Shown here piece after piece: positions 63,706-64,000 of a DNA stretch of 64,000 bases. Below the pieces are notes generated by a model that did no database searches, was not told where the DNA came from, and saw nothing but the letters and a program-made list of their open reading frames with translations. Location: positions 21,083,283-21,147,282 of the forward strand of contig JARDVH010000164.1 in NCBI GenBank assembly GCA_030324005.1, given 5' to 3'. Source of the stretch: Negaprion brevirostris (lineage: Eukaryota). How positions within the stretch are numbered: position 1 is the stretch's first letter; each line of letters opens with the position of its first letter. The position numbers were made by a program, and so were the translations under genes.

Positions 63706-64000
63706 AGCAGCTTGGTGCAGATCGGTGATCTTGATTAAGGCCAGAATTAAAATATCTATAATTCTATGCAAGGAGCCAGACATATGGACAACCAGAGCCT
63801 GTGTGGCTAGTGTCAACTCCTGCAGGGACTCACTTGATTGATATTCTGCAGAGTTGACCACTGTACGTATGTAAGCAGATATTACTTACATACCCTACGA
63901 TATCAACCCCACTCATGCTTAAGATGGACATCTCCATTTCCTCTGGATAGTGACACTGAAGGTCTATCAGTGCATTGAGCAATTCTGGTGCTTCCATCAA

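Noticed and set aside
63832-63860. 27-bp minus-strand micro-exon candidate (AG...|GTGAGT)
   Set aside because: Weak polypyrimidine tract and no recognisable homology; such a match is expected by chance.
1-64000. CRISPR arrays, operons or prokaryotic defence systems
   Set aside because: The sequence is clearly vertebrate, with spliceosomal introns and SINEs/LINEs; there is no regularly spaced repeat-spacer array and no long intact ORF.

Overview
This is eukaryotic, repeat-rich vertebrate DNA from a gapped draft assembly. HE1/V-SINEs, DeuSINEs (SacSINE1-like), HER1/CR1 LINEs and palindromic Penelope-derived elements indicate a cartilaginous fish, most likely a shark. The only gene I can support is the 5' end of a minus-strand class I bHLH E-protein gene, best matching TCF12/HEB. 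It comprises a candidate non-coding exon 1 (~35820-36040) and coding exons 34619-34690 ([24 protein letters not shown], AD1/PCET motif) and 33938-34010 (MFSPPVNSGKNGPTTLASSQFGGS), followed by an intron of more than 33.9 kb running off the window start. The promoter sits in a broad CpG-retaining zone (~33.8-41.9 kb) with a PBX-MEIS/PREP decamer, a CCAAT box and an E-box. The rest is mostly decayed and nested retroelements plus probable Harbinger-like MITEs. The most unusual signal is a set of short palindromic Penelope-type elements carrying minimal hammerhead-ribozyme cores, one with a clear target-site duplication. Almost all ORFs in the supplied track are spurious or transposon-derived. I found no prokaryotic-type system (no CRISPR array or operon). 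Repeat family names come from recognition by eye, not from database searches.
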